27,404 nt of DNA, from positions 1-27,404 of the forward strand of contig JAWBIX010000002.1 of the NCBI GenBank assembly GCA_038833255.1, read 5' to 3'. The DNA is from Nanopusillaceae archaeon (GTDB lineage: Archaea; Nanobdellota; Nanobdellia; Nanobdellales; Nanobdellaceae). Both the position numbers and the translations under genes were made by a program. The first letter of the stretch is position 1, and each line of letters begins with the position of its first letter. Below, one piece after another: positions 16,335 through 24,553 of the stretch. The notes under the pieces were generated by a model. The model saw only the letters and a program-made list of their open reading frames with translations, had not been told where the DNA came from and searched no databases.

Positions 16335-16359
16335 AAAATTTTTCAAAAAACAAGAAAAA

Positions 16360-16893
16360 ATGAGATACCGTATTATAGAAGAGAGTATTAATATACCAGA
16401 AAATGTAAATATTGAAATCAAAGAAAATAAAATAATTGTTAGCGGTCCAAAAGGAAAGGTAGAAAGAAGAATAGAACACCCACGAATATATATAACTATT
16501 GAAAATAACATTTTGATTTTAAAAGCATATTTCGCAACTAGAAGGGAAGCAAAACATCTTTATACCTTAGCATCACATATAAAAAATGCGATAAATGGCG
16601 TTTTGCATGGTTTTCAATATAAATTAAAAGCTGTTTACGTTCATTTTCCATTTAAAATGAAGATACAAAATAATAAATTTATAATAGAAAATTTTTTGGG
16701 TGAAAGAAAAAATAGAGAATTAGAAATACCAGAAGGTGTAAACGTGAAAATAGAGGGAGATATAGTAATAGTAGAGGGTGTCGATATAGAAATTGTAGGA
16801 AATTTTGCTGGTAGACTAGAAGCCCTAACAAAAATTAAAGAAAAAGATTTAAGAAAATTTCAGGATGGCTTATATATAATTGAAAAGCCATAA
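16360..16893 (+). CDS. rpl6: Ribosomal protein uL6
   Basis: The sequence IPENVNIEIKENKIIVSGPKGKVER...GFQYKLKAVYVHFP... shows the two-domain L6 pattern. Confidence 0.9.
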   Translation: MRYRIIEESINIPENVNIEIKENKIIVSGPKGKVERRIEHPRIYITIENNILILKAYFATRREAKHLYTLASHIKNAINGVLHGFQYKLKAVYVHFPFKMKIQNNKFIIENFLGERKNRELEIPEGVNVKIEGDIVIVEGVDIEIVGNFAGRLEALTKIKEKDLRKFQDGLYIIEKP

Positions 16894-16931
16894 ATTTAAG
16901 AAGATTTTACTTTTATACATAAATTTATAAG

Positions 16932-17321
16932 ATGAAGCGAACAAATATTTTCAGTTTATTACGAATAAGAAAGAAAATAAAAAGAAAAAAACCAGAATAT
17001 TTGAGAGTATATTGGTATAAAAAGATCAGATTAAAAAATAGAAAAGACTCTTGGAGAAGACCAAAGGGAATACATAATAAGATAAGAAAGAAAATAAAAG
17101 GAAAACCAGAAATGGTAGAAGTAGGATATGGCTCTCCAAGGGAAGTTAAAGGATTATTAAGAAACGGAAAAAGGCCTGTTTTAGTTCATAATATAGAAGA
17201 ATTAGAAAAAATTGACAAAGAAAAAGAAATAGCTGTAATTGCTTCAACAGTAGGAAGGAGAAAAAGAGAACAAATAATAAAGAGGGCTAAAGAATTAAAT
17301 ATAGAAATCTACAATCCTTAA
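16932..17321 (+). CDS. rpl32e: Ribosomal protein eL32 (L32e)
   Basis: The sequence ...WRRPKGIHNKIRKKIKGKPEMVEVGYGSPREVKG...PVLVHNIEELEKI matches L32e. It follows L6 in the conserved order. Confidence 0.85.
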   Translation: MKRTNIFSLLRIRKKIKRKKPEYLRVYWYKKIRLKNRKDSWRRPKGIHNKIRKKIKGKPEMVEVGYGSPREVKGLLRNGKRPVLVHNIEELEKIDKEKEIAVIASTVGRRKREQIIKRAKELNIEIYNP

Positions 17322-17845
17322 TAGTAGCCTTTAAAATAATTAATAATCCATTCTTTTATTTTTTCGCATATTATATACAGATCTCTAGCAGATCTTCCCT
17401 TAATTCCGGTTCCTGCTATTCTTGCCTTTTCATATTCTTTTTTTAAAAAATGAGGGGTGATACCAAAATATGATAAAAGTATTTCTAAGAAAGATTTTGC
17501 TTCTGGTTCCTTTATATCTTCAATTTCATGAGAGGAAAAAATTTCTATTTCTATTTCTCCAGTTTGTGTTGAGATATTATAGTTATTTATCTTTATAGTT
17601 ATTTTCATTTCCCAATTTATTTTAGGTTCTTCTTTCCAATATTCTTTTCTCATTTCCCAAATACTTTCTACGAATAATAGGCCTTCTGGAGATAATTTAT
17701 AATATTGGTAAGTTTCGTAATAATCTTTACCTAATTTTCCTTGCCATCCGTAATTTTCAATTTGTTTTTTTAAAGATTGATAAAAATCCTGAGGTGAAAA
17801 CTTAGATCTAAATTTTACAGAGGATTTATATATATCTTCTTTCAT
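17318..17845 (-). CDS. Hypothetical alpha/beta protein, diverged paralog of the gene immediately upstream
   Basis: 175 aa. It shares with the 17842..18333 product a pattern of F-x-S..(D)[FL]Y[KQ]SLK..E..G[YW]...E...W...[FI][EN]W[TE][IM][SK]I...E[IL][EL][IL]..., followed by a long C-terminal helix. It shares an ATGA overlap with that gene. Confidence 0.5.
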   Translation of the reverse strand: MKEDIYKSSVKFRSKFSPQDFYQSLKKQIENYGWQGKLGKDYYETYQYYKLSPEGLLFVESIWEMRKEYWKEEPKINWEMKITIKINNYNISTQTGEIEIEIFSSHEIEDIKEPEAKSFLEILLSYFGITPHFLKKEYEKARIAGTGIKGRSARDLYIICEKIKEWIINYFKGYY

Positions 17846-18333
17846 GTTTTATAAGATCCTGTTAGTGTTTTTAATAAATCTAAGAAATTATTTGCAATAG
17901 AACTTATATTTTTCTTATGAGTCCTTATTTCATCTCCTACTAAATATCTTTCAAAAAGAGCTCTTAAAAATATTCCAAATGGTTTATCTCCAAAATATTT
18001 ATCATAATCTAACTCTAAATCACCATTTATTTTTAAAAGTAAATTCTCTGCATATTCATGTGTTATGCCTTCTTTTTTTATTAATCTTAATTTTTCTATT
18101 GAAATAGTCCACTCAAAAATATATTTTGCGTAATCTGTTACTTTTTTTTCACAATACCATTCATATTTAATACTTTTAGTTCCATCCTCAAATATCCTTT
18201 CCTCATGCTTTTTTTCTATAAAATCGTATCCTTTTTCTTCCCAAAAATTTTTTAATGATTTATATAAATCTACAAAGTTTATTATCCCAGAATATGAAAA
18301 TGTAAGACCATCGACTACTCTTTCTTTTGGCAT
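17842..18333 (-). CDS. Hypothetical alpha/beta protein, diverged paralog of the gene immediately downstream
   Basis: 163 aa. See the paralog entry for the shared pattern. It lies 35 nt downstream of the primase gene on the same strand. Confidence 0.5.
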   Translation of the reverse strand: MPKERVVDGLTFSYSGIINFVDLYKSLKNFWEEKGYDFIEKKHEERIFEDGTKSIKYEWYCEKKVTDYAKYIFEWTISIEKLRLIKKEGITHEYAENLLLKINGDLELDYDKYFGDKPFGIFLRALFERYLVGDEIRTHKKNISSIANNFLDLLKTLTGSYKT

Positions 18334-18368
18334 TTAATTATTTTTGTTTTTCTAAAAATATAAAACTT

Positions 18369-19721
18369 CTAAGAAGAATTTATAGTTTTATCTTTACTTA
18401 ACTTTAATTTTTTATATGGATAAAGTAAGGGGTTCTTAATATATTTGCAAATATTATCTGGTTGACAAACACCGATTTCTTTGTAATACATATCATTATT
18501 ACAATTTGGAGGTAAATAATATTTTTTAGAATTATATATTTTCTTATGCCATTCTAACTGATATTCTACATATCTTTCTCTCAAAGGATCATTAAGATTA
18601 TTATTCCATTCTTTAATTTTTTTCTCTATTTCTTCATATGACCATCCTATATGATACAAAAAATTTATTAATATAAATACTGATCTCTTTCTACCATCAT
18701 CTATTCCAGATAAAATATTTTTTATACATGGAGGAAAATAATCTTCAGTAATTTTTTCTCTATGCTTTCTTTTTTCTTTAATAAGCTCCTTTTCTATTTT
18801 TTTAGTTTCTATTTTATTTACCGTTTTTACTATATATTCTATTGAAAACAAATCTTTATTTATTTTCCAATTTATTGCATCTCTAAATAGTTTTTCTGCT
18901 TCTTCTCTTTCTTTGATTTCCTCTGTTAAAAATGGGATTCCTTCATATATAAAATTATCAAGAGTGGCGTATTCTGGGTTAAAATTCTCTAAATTTTTAA
19001 TATCAACTGGAATAGATAATCTTCCAGTTTTTTCATTTATAGAATATAAGCATCTTATTAAGTGTCTATTAGAAATAGCAATAGTATCTATTTCTACAAC
19101 GGAAAAAAACAATTCCTTTTCGTTTTTTTCCTTTTCAATCTCTGGAAATTTTTTTAATATTTCGTCTTCTACTTTTTCTTTTATTTTTTCAACCAAATAC
19201 ATAGCAATAATTCTAGCAATATCTGGAAAAAGTTTTACTGTATCTTCTTCAACAATTTCTCCTTTTTTTAAATAATCAATTCTTTTTGGAAAAATTTCCC
19301 AAGGAATAGCAATATGAAATCCTTTTCCACCCGAATATTTTAGATATATTTTTTTTATTCCTTTATTTTCTAAAAAGTTAATAATATTTCTTGTAACGAT
19401 TTTTCCTATATCTACAGATTTTGAATCAATATCGATAATTAGATCCCAACCTATTCTTATTTCTTCCAATTCTTTCCTAGACTTTACATTTTCTAACAAC
19501 ATTGGATCCGACCATCTTTCTAAAGATATATGAAAAGATATTGCTCCTTTATCTATATAAGAAAATATATCTCCTTTATTTTCTATTATAGATGGTCTTT
19601 GACCGAATTTATTATTTTCTAGTAGATATGCAACTTCCCTATTTTTAGATACGGTTACTATATCTTCGATTACTTCAGAATTTGAAGCATAAAATTCCTT
19701 TATCTTTCTTTTTAAACTCAT
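18369..19721 (-). CDS. priS: DNA primase: a single polypeptide fusing the PriS catalytic domain to the PriL-type Fe-S C-terminal domain
   Basis: The N-terminal half carries the AEP primase motifs DLIIDIDSK (DxD), YSGGKGFHIAIPW (SGxxGxH) and ...HLIRCLYSINEKTG. The C-terminal third carries PriL-CTD features: YFPPCIKNIL, GRKRSVFILINFL, LPPNC and GVCQPDNIC, giving four Cys for a 4Fe-4S cluster. Confidence 0.8.
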   Translation of the reverse strand: MSLKRKIKEFYASNSEVIEDIVTVSKNREVAYLLENNKFGQRPSIIENKGDIFSYIDKGAISFHISLERWSDPMLLENVKSRKELEEIRIGWDLIIDIDSKSVDIGKIVTRNIINFLENKGIKKIYLKYSGGKGFHIAIPWEIFPKRIDYLKKGEIVEEDTVKLFPDIARIIAMYLVEKIKEKVEDEILKKFPEIEKEKNEKELFFSVVEIDTIAISNRHLIRCLYSINEKTGRLSIPVDIKNLENFNPEYATLDNFIYEGIPFLTEEIKEREEAEKLFRDAINWKINKDLFSIEYIVKTVNKIETKKIEKELIKEKRKHREKITEDYFPPCIKNILSGIDDGRKRSVFILINFLYHIGWSYEEIEKKIKEWNNNLNDPLRERYVEYQLEWHKKIYNSKKYYLPPNCNNDMYYKEIGVCQPDNICKYIKNPLLYPYKKLKLSKDKTINSS

Positions 19722-19764
19722 TATAAAATAATATTTTATAAATTTTTTATATAGAATTTTTACA

Positions 19765-20307
19765 ATGTTTTATGAAACTAAGATAGAGGACGTAGTTAGA
19801 ATACCTCCAAAAGAACTTGGTGAAAATGAAATAGAAAATATAAAGAACATATTAATTTCTTCATATATTGGATTGGTAAGAAAAGATATTGGAATAATTA
19901 TAGCAATAAAAGATATAGAGAAAGTTGATTTGGGAGTTGTAATACCAGAAGATGGAGGGGTATATTATAAAGTTGTATTCAGTGCTTACACTTACAAACC
20001 AGAAATAAATGAACTAACTTATGGAATTGTATCTGGAATTGCTGATTTTGGAGTATTTTTAAATATTGGTCCTATAGATGGTCTTGTACATATATCACAA
20101 GTAATGGATGACGAAGTTTCCATCAGTGGAAAGGAAGCTTTAGTTGGTAAAAAAACAAACAAAGTTTTAAAAATTGGAGATATAGTAAAAGCAAGAGTTA
20201 TAACCGTAAGTTATAAAGATATAACTAATATTAGAGTATCTTTAACAATGAAACAACCAGGATTAGGAAAAATAGAATGGCTTGAAGAAAAAAGCAAGAA
20301 AAAATAA
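19765..20307 (+). CDS. rpo7: DNA-directed RNA polymerase subunit Rpo7 (E')
   Basis: The N-terminus MFYETKIEDVVRIPPKELG is followed by a C-terminal S1 domain (GIVSGIADFGVFLNIGPIDGLVHISQ). Confidence 0.85.
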   Translation: MFYETKIEDVVRIPPKELGENEIENIKNILISSYIGLVRKDIGIIIAIKDIEKVDLGVVIPEDGGVYYKVVFSAYTYKPEINELTYGIVSGIADFGVFLNIGPIDGLVHISQVMDDEVSISGKEALVGKKTNKVLKIGDIVKARVITVSYKDITNIRVSLTMKQPGLGKIEWLEEKSKKK

Positions 20308-20510
20308 TGCCAAGAAAAATCCAAAAGAAAAAAGTATGTAGAAATTGTAAAGCAATATTATTACCGAATGTTATTCAATGTCCGTATTGTGGATCTAAAG
20401 ATTTTTCAGAGGAATTTAGTGGATTTGTAATAATAATAAATCCTGAAAATTCCGAAATTTCAAAAAGAAAAAACCTAAAACCGGGTATTTGGGCAATAAA
20501 AATATTTTAA
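20307..20510 (+). CDS. spt4: Transcription elongation factor Spt4 (RpoE'')
   Basis: It has the zinc ribbon CRNC...CPYCGS followed by FSGFVIIINPE.SEI. It lies immediately after rpo7 with a TAATG overlap, which is the conserved archaeal pairing. Confidence 0.8.
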   Translation: MPRKIQKKKVCRNCKAILLPNVIQCPYCGSKDFSEEFSGFVIIINPENSEISKRKNLKPGIWAIKIF

Positions 20511-20512
20511 AA

Positions 20513-22225
20513 ATGAATTTTGAAGATATAGCAAAAAAATGGGCATTATTTTGTAAAGTAAAATATGATAAAATAGACTTAAATTCTGTTGTATCTAAAG
20601 TAGTTGCAGAAATTCCAGAAATTAAAAAAGATATCAAAAAATATATACCAAAGATTAAGGAAATTGTTGAAAAAATTAATATAATTGATAAAGAAAAGGC
20701 TAAGATAATTTTAGAAAATGAATTCCCAGAAATTTTAGCAGCAAAAAAGGAAGAAAAAAAAGATAAAATCGATTATTTAGAAGAGGCAGAATATGGAAAG
20801 GTTAAAACCCGATTTGCTCCAAATCCTTCAGGATATTTACATATAGGACATGCAAAAGCCATAATTTTAAGTTATTATTTTGCTAAAAAGTATAATGGAA
20901 AGTTTATTTTAAGACTTGAAGATACAGATCCAAAAGTCAAAAAACCTTTGATTGAAGCATATGAAAAAATAATTCATGATGTAGAATGGTTAATTGAAGA
21001 TAAAGTTGATGAAATATATATACAATCAGAAAGATTGAATATATATTATACTTATGCAAAAAAATTAATTGAATTGGGATACGCCTATGTAGATTTATGT
21101 AATAGCGAAAAAATAAAAGATAATAGAAAAAAAGGAATTGCCTGCGAACATAGAAGTAAAGATATTGATTGGAATTTAGAGCAATTTAAAAAAATGTTAG
21201 ACGGAGAATATGATGAGGGTCAAGCTGTTTTAAGAATAAAAACAGATATTAATCATCCAAATCCATCAATAAGAGATTGGATTGCATTTAGAGTAATAAA
21301 TCCTGAAAAAAATCCCCATCCTTGGTTATTATATAAATATGGCGAAAATTATGCAAAAAAGTTTTGGGTTTGGCCAACATATAATTTTTCCGTATCTATT
21401 GACGACCATCTTATGGAGATTACTCACGTATTTAGAATGAAGGAACATGAAGTAAATACATATAAACAAAAATATATATTTGACTATTTTGGATGGAAAA
21501 TGCCAAAAATTATAAATTATGGCGCTTTTTTAGTAAAAGACGTTCCTTTGCATAAATCAGAAATAAGGAAATTAATAAATGAAGGCAAAATTGATGGTTG
21601 GGATTATCCATTTTTAGCAACTTTAATGGCTTTAAGAAGAAGAGGAATACAACCTAAAGCAATAAAAAAATATGTTTTGGAAATTGGAATTTCTTTAGTA
21701 GATTCTTATATTGATTGGGAAAGAATACATTCTTATAACAGAGAGATAATTGATAGTTTTTCAAAAAGATTTTTTATAATAAGAAATCCTATAAAAGTTA
21801 TTATTAGAAATATAAAAATTCCAAAAGAAGTTATACTTAAAAATCATCCAAAAGAAGATTTAGGTGAAAGAAAAATCATAATAAAAAGCAATATTTTCTA
21901 TTTAGAAAAGTCAGACGTATTAAATAACAAATACTTACGATTAATGGATGCTTTTAATATTGAAGTAGAAAAAATAGAAGAAGATAAGGCAATATGCAAA
22001 TATATAAGTGATAGTTTGGAGGATGCAAAGAAAATAAATGCAAAAATAGTTCAGTGGGTTTCAGAAGAGGATTCTATAAATATTAAAATTTTAGAACCTT
22101 CAGGTATTATCAATGCTATTGGAGAATCTAATTTAAAATTTGTAAATGATGGAGAAATTATACATGCCATAAGATATGGCTTCTTGAAAAAAGAAAAAGA
22201 CAAATTTATATTTATGCATAAGTAA
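20513..22225 (+). CDS. gltX: Glutamyl-tRNA synthetase (archaeal GlxRS type)
   Basis: RFAPNPSGYLHIGHAKA (HIGH) and FILRLEDTDP are present. The track ORF begins at 20489, inside spt4. The ATG at 20513 (MNFEDIAKKWAL) follows the spt4 stop and is preferred. Confidence 0.85.
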   Translation: MNFEDIAKKWALFCKVKYDKIDLNSVVSKVVAEIPEIKKDIKKYIPKIKEIVEKINIIDKEKAKIILENEFPEILAAKKEEKKDKIDYLEEAEYGKVKTRFAPNPSGYLHIGHAKAIILSYYFAKKYNGKFILRLEDTDPKVKKPLIEAYEKIIHDVEWLIEDKVDEIYIQSERLNIYYTYAKKLIELGYAYVDLCNSEKIKDNRKKGIACEHRSKDIDWNLEQFKKMLDGEYDEGQAVLRIKTDINHPNPSIRDWIAFRVINPEKNPHPWLLYKYGENYAKKFWVWPTYNFSVSIDDHLMEITHVFRMKEHEVNTYKQKYIFDYFGWKMPKIINYGAFLVKDVPLHKSEIRKLINEGKIDGWDYPFLATLMALRRRGIQPKAIKKYVLEIGISLVDSYIDWERIHSYNREIIDSFSKRFFIIRNPIKVIIRNIKIPKEVILKNHPKEDLGERKIIIKSNIFYLEKSDVLNNKYLRLMDAFNIEVEKIEEDKAICKYISDSLEDAKKINAKIVQWVSEEDSINIKILEPSGIINAIGESNLKFVNDGEIIHAIRYGFLKKEKDKFIFMHK

Positions 22226-22253
22226 TTTAATTTTTTGTGTAATTTATAATAAG

Positions 22254-22607
22254 ATGAATGAGGAACTTATTAACAAAAAATTAGAAGAATTCGAGACATT
22301 AAGACAAACTTATCTAGCATTTTTGTATCAAAAACAAAAATTAGAGGAAGATTTAATCGAAGTTGAAAATGCTATAAAGGAATTAGAGAATTTAAAAGAA
22401 GGAGAGATTATATTCAAATTAGTTGGTAATGTTTTAATAAAAAAAGATAAAAATAAATTATTAGAAGAATTAAAAGAGAAGAAAGATATTCTAAATATAA
22501 GGTTACAATCTATAGATAAACAGGAAAGACAACTAAGAGAAAAGTTAACAATTTTGCAAAACGAAATAGAAAAACTTCTTAGAACATCAGAAAAGACTAA
22601 CAAATAA
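22254..22607 (+). CDS. pfdB: Prefoldin beta subunit
   Basis: 117 aa with a coiled coil, two short beta hairpins (IFKLVGNVLIKKDK) and a second coiled coil. The size fits the beta subunit rather than the alpha subunit. Confidence 0.7.
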   Translation: MNEELINKKLEEFETLRQTYLAFLYQKQKLEEDLIEVENAIKELENLKEGEIIFKLVGNVLIKKDKNKLLEELKEKKDILNIRLQSIDKQERQLREKLTILQNEIEKLLRTSEKTNK

Positions 22608-22641
22608 TATATTAAAAATTTTATCAAACTAAAAAATAATT

Positions 22642-23022
22642 ATGGTATCTTTACCCTTCTTTAAGAAAAAGGAAGAAAAAGTTAAAGATTATATTGAAAT
22701 TGTCCCGATAAAAAAAGCTGAAGAAACAAAAATTTGGGTTAGAGTATTCGTATTAAAAGACTCTTCTGATGTAAAAGCAGTTGTAGATACTTTAAGAGAA
22801 GGAAATACAATTGCCTTTATAGATATTAGAAAATTAAAAGAAGAAAAAGATATTGTAGAACTAAAAAAAGTTATAAACAGAATAAAATCTGTAATAAATG
22901 CAATTAATGGGGATATTGTTGGAGTTGGAAACGATTGGATTATAGCTACTCCTTCCTTTGCTAAAATATGGAGGATAAAGGAAATATCTTCTGGTGTAAG
23001 TGAACAAGAAACTCAAAAATAA
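22642..23022 (+). CDS. sepF: SepF-like cell division protein (FtsZ membrane anchor)
   Basis: An N-terminal amphipathic segment (MVSLPFFKKK) is followed by a DUF552-like core: VFVLKDSSDVKAVVDTLREGNTIAFIDIRKL...INGDIVGVGNDWIIATP. Confidence 0.65.
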   Translation: MVSLPFFKKKEEKVKDYIEIVPIKKAEETKIWVRVFVLKDSSDVKAVVDTLREGNTIAFIDIRKLKEEKDIVELKKVINRIKSVINAINGDIVGVGNDWIIATPSFAKIWRIKEISSGVSEQETQK

Positions 23023-23538
23023 ATGGGACTTAAAAATTTACCTCCTGGTCCTAAACCACCTGAAGAACTTTATGTTGTAATAGAAATAAGTAAGGGAAGT
23101 AGAATAAAATATGAATATGATGAGGAATTAGGAACATTGGTTGTTGATAGAATATTATATACAAGTATGCATTATCCATTTAACTATGGCTTTGTTCCAA
23201 ATACATTATGTGATGATGGAGATCCCTTAGATGTTTTAATAATTTCTTCAGATCCTTTACTTCCTGGAAGTGTTGTTAAAGTAAGACCAATAGGATTATT
23301 AGAAATGGAGGATGAAAAAGGAAAAGATGAAAAATTAATTGCCGTACTTTTAGATAAGATTGATCCAAGATTTTCATGGATAAAGGATATAAAAGATGTA
23401 CCAGAAGCCATAAAAAACGAAATAAAACATTTCTTTGAACACTATAAAGAATTAGAACCTGGAAAGTGGGTAAAGATTAAGGATTGGAAAGATAAAAATT
23501 ATGCAACAGAATATATAAAGAAGGTAATTAAGAAGTAA
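23023..23538 (+). CDS. ppa: Inorganic pyrophosphatase (family I)
   Basis: The sequence [17 protein letters not shown]...[34 protein letters not shown] is the canonical family I active-site region. Confidence 0.9.
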   Translation: MGLKNLPPGPKPPEELYVVIEISKGSRIKYEYDEELGTLVVDRILYTSMHYPFNYGFVPNTLCDDGDPLDVLIISSDPLLPGSVVKVRPIGLLEMEDEKGKDEKLIAVLLDKIDPRFSWIKDIKDVPEAIKNEIKHFFEHYKELEPGKWVKIKDWKDKNYATEYIKKVIKK

Positions 23539-23977
23539 TCTTTTTTATAATTATTCTTAATTTCTTTTTACCTTCTAAAACTTCTTTTAGATAACTTATT
23601 TTTTCTTTTATAATATCATTTTCTTTTTCTAAAGTTTTAAGAAAATCTATAATTTCTTGTAAAAATCCATCTACAGTATAGATTAGATATTTTGATTGAG
23701 AAACATTAATTATTTCGATTTCAACCTCTTCTAGTATTATTTTAAATCCAGGAATTCTATAGATTTTTTTATTAAAATCTTCTGCTCCATTTATTGTTAT
23801 TTCGTATTCATTAAAATTTATTGATTGTGGGATAATATCTGAATATCTAAAATTACATTTTTTGCATAAAAATGAATAAATTAAAATATTACCTACATTA
23901 GGAAGATTATATTCTATATAATTTATTTCTGTTTCATTAGAATTACAATTTGGACAGGGTCCTCCCCAAGTCTTCAT
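23528..23977 (-). CDS. ZPR1-type zinc-finger protein
   Basis: CPNC...(about 25 aa)...CKKC forms a zinc ribbon (PCPNCNS...[17 protein letters not shown]), followed by a beta-rich domain as in archaeal ZPR1-related proteins. Confidence 0.6.
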   Translation of the reverse strand: MKTWGGPCPNCNSNETEINYIEYNLPNVGNILIYSFLCKKCNFRYSDIIPQSINFNEYEITINGAEDFNKKIYRIPGFKIILEEVEIEIINVSQSKYLIYTVDGFLQEIIDFLKTLEKENDIIKEKISYLKEVLEGKKKLRIIIKKITS

Positions 23978-24149
23978 ATATTTTCATTAATCTAAATATC
24001 AGATTCGTTATTGCCCTTAATTTTGAAATAGAATTTACATTTAAAATTATTTCTAATGAACTTAAATCTATTGAAATCTTTTCTTTGTTTTTTAAAAAAT
24101 TTAAAGATTCTAAAAAATCTATATCTAAATTTTTGATTATTATCTTCAT
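23943..24149 (-). CDS. pcc1: Probable KEOPS complex subunit Pcc1
   Basis: 68 aa. LEIILNVNSISKLRAITNLIFRLMKI aligns by eye with the Pcc1 signature (..IILDI.A.D.SALRG.VNSYLRWI). It sits in the L37Ae-RpoP-Pcc1 context typical of archaea. Confidence 0.55.
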   Translation of the reverse strand: MKIIIKNLDIDFLESLNFLKNKEKISIDLSSLEIILNVNSISKLRAITNLIFRLMKIYEDLGRTLSKL

Positions 24150-24286
24150 CTAGCTTTAAGATGTTTTACAAAATTAGGTCGAGTTTTAATCAATATTTTT
24201 CCTCCACAATATGGACATTTCACTCTTTTTTTAACCTGTTCATGTGGAACTTTTCTTCCACAATTTATACACAAATAATAGATCAT
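24146..24286 (-). CDS. rpoP: RNA polymerase subunit Rpo12 (RpoP), 46 aa, absent from the ORF track
   Basis: My own translation gives MIYYLCINCGRKVPHEQVKKRVKCPYCGGKILIKTRPNFVKHLKAR. It shows the CxxC...CxxC zinc ribbon followed by the K.RP tail of RpoP. ATGA overlaps link it to L37Ae upstream and Pcc1 downstream. Confidence 0.8.
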   Translation of the reverse strand: MIYYLCINCGRKVPHEQVKKRVKCPYCGGKILIKTRPNFVKHLKAR

Positions 24287-24501
24287 ATTGTATATGCTTT
24301 ACCTGCAAGTTTTTTGCCACATTTTCTGCATTCCCATATACCATACGCTACTCTCTTTACAGACAAATAATTACAAAACGGGCATATAAGTCTTTTATTT
24401 TTATATTGACTTTCTATTTCAGTTATGGTTTCTCTTATCTTTCTTCCATATCTAGATCCGAATCTTCCTGCTGGTCCTACTTTTTTAGTATGAGAATACA
24501 T
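24283..24501 (-). CDS. rpl37ae: Ribosomal protein eL43 (L37Ae)
   Basis: The sequence TKKVGPAGRFGSRYGRKIR...CPFC...WECRKCGKKLAGKAY is the canonical L37Ae zinc ribbon. Confidence 0.9.
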   Translation of the reverse strand: MYSHTKKVGPAGRFGSRYGRKIRETITEIESQYKNKRLICPFCNYLSVKRVAYGIWECRKCGKKLAGKAYTI

Positions 24502-24553
24502 ATTTAATTATAATAAGTTTTATTTTTAAAGATTATACTATAATCTTCTTTGA

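Noticed and set aside
20489-20512. The track start for GluRS (MGNKNILK...) lies inside spt4.
   Set aside because: The ATG at 20513 lies right after the spt4 stop and gives a normal N-terminus. The 8 extra codons are probably just open frame.
24529-24547. A perfect 9-bp inverted repeat with a 1-nt spacer (aagattata-c-tataatctt) sits 7 nt upstream of the S19e start, in the L37Ae/S19e divergent promoter. It could be an operator or a bidirectional TATA element.
   Set aside because: In DNA this AT-rich, short perfect A/T palindromes are expected by chance several times in a 27-kb window. I found no second copy elsewhere in the window to suggest a regulon motif. It is worth a look only if it is conserved in relatives.
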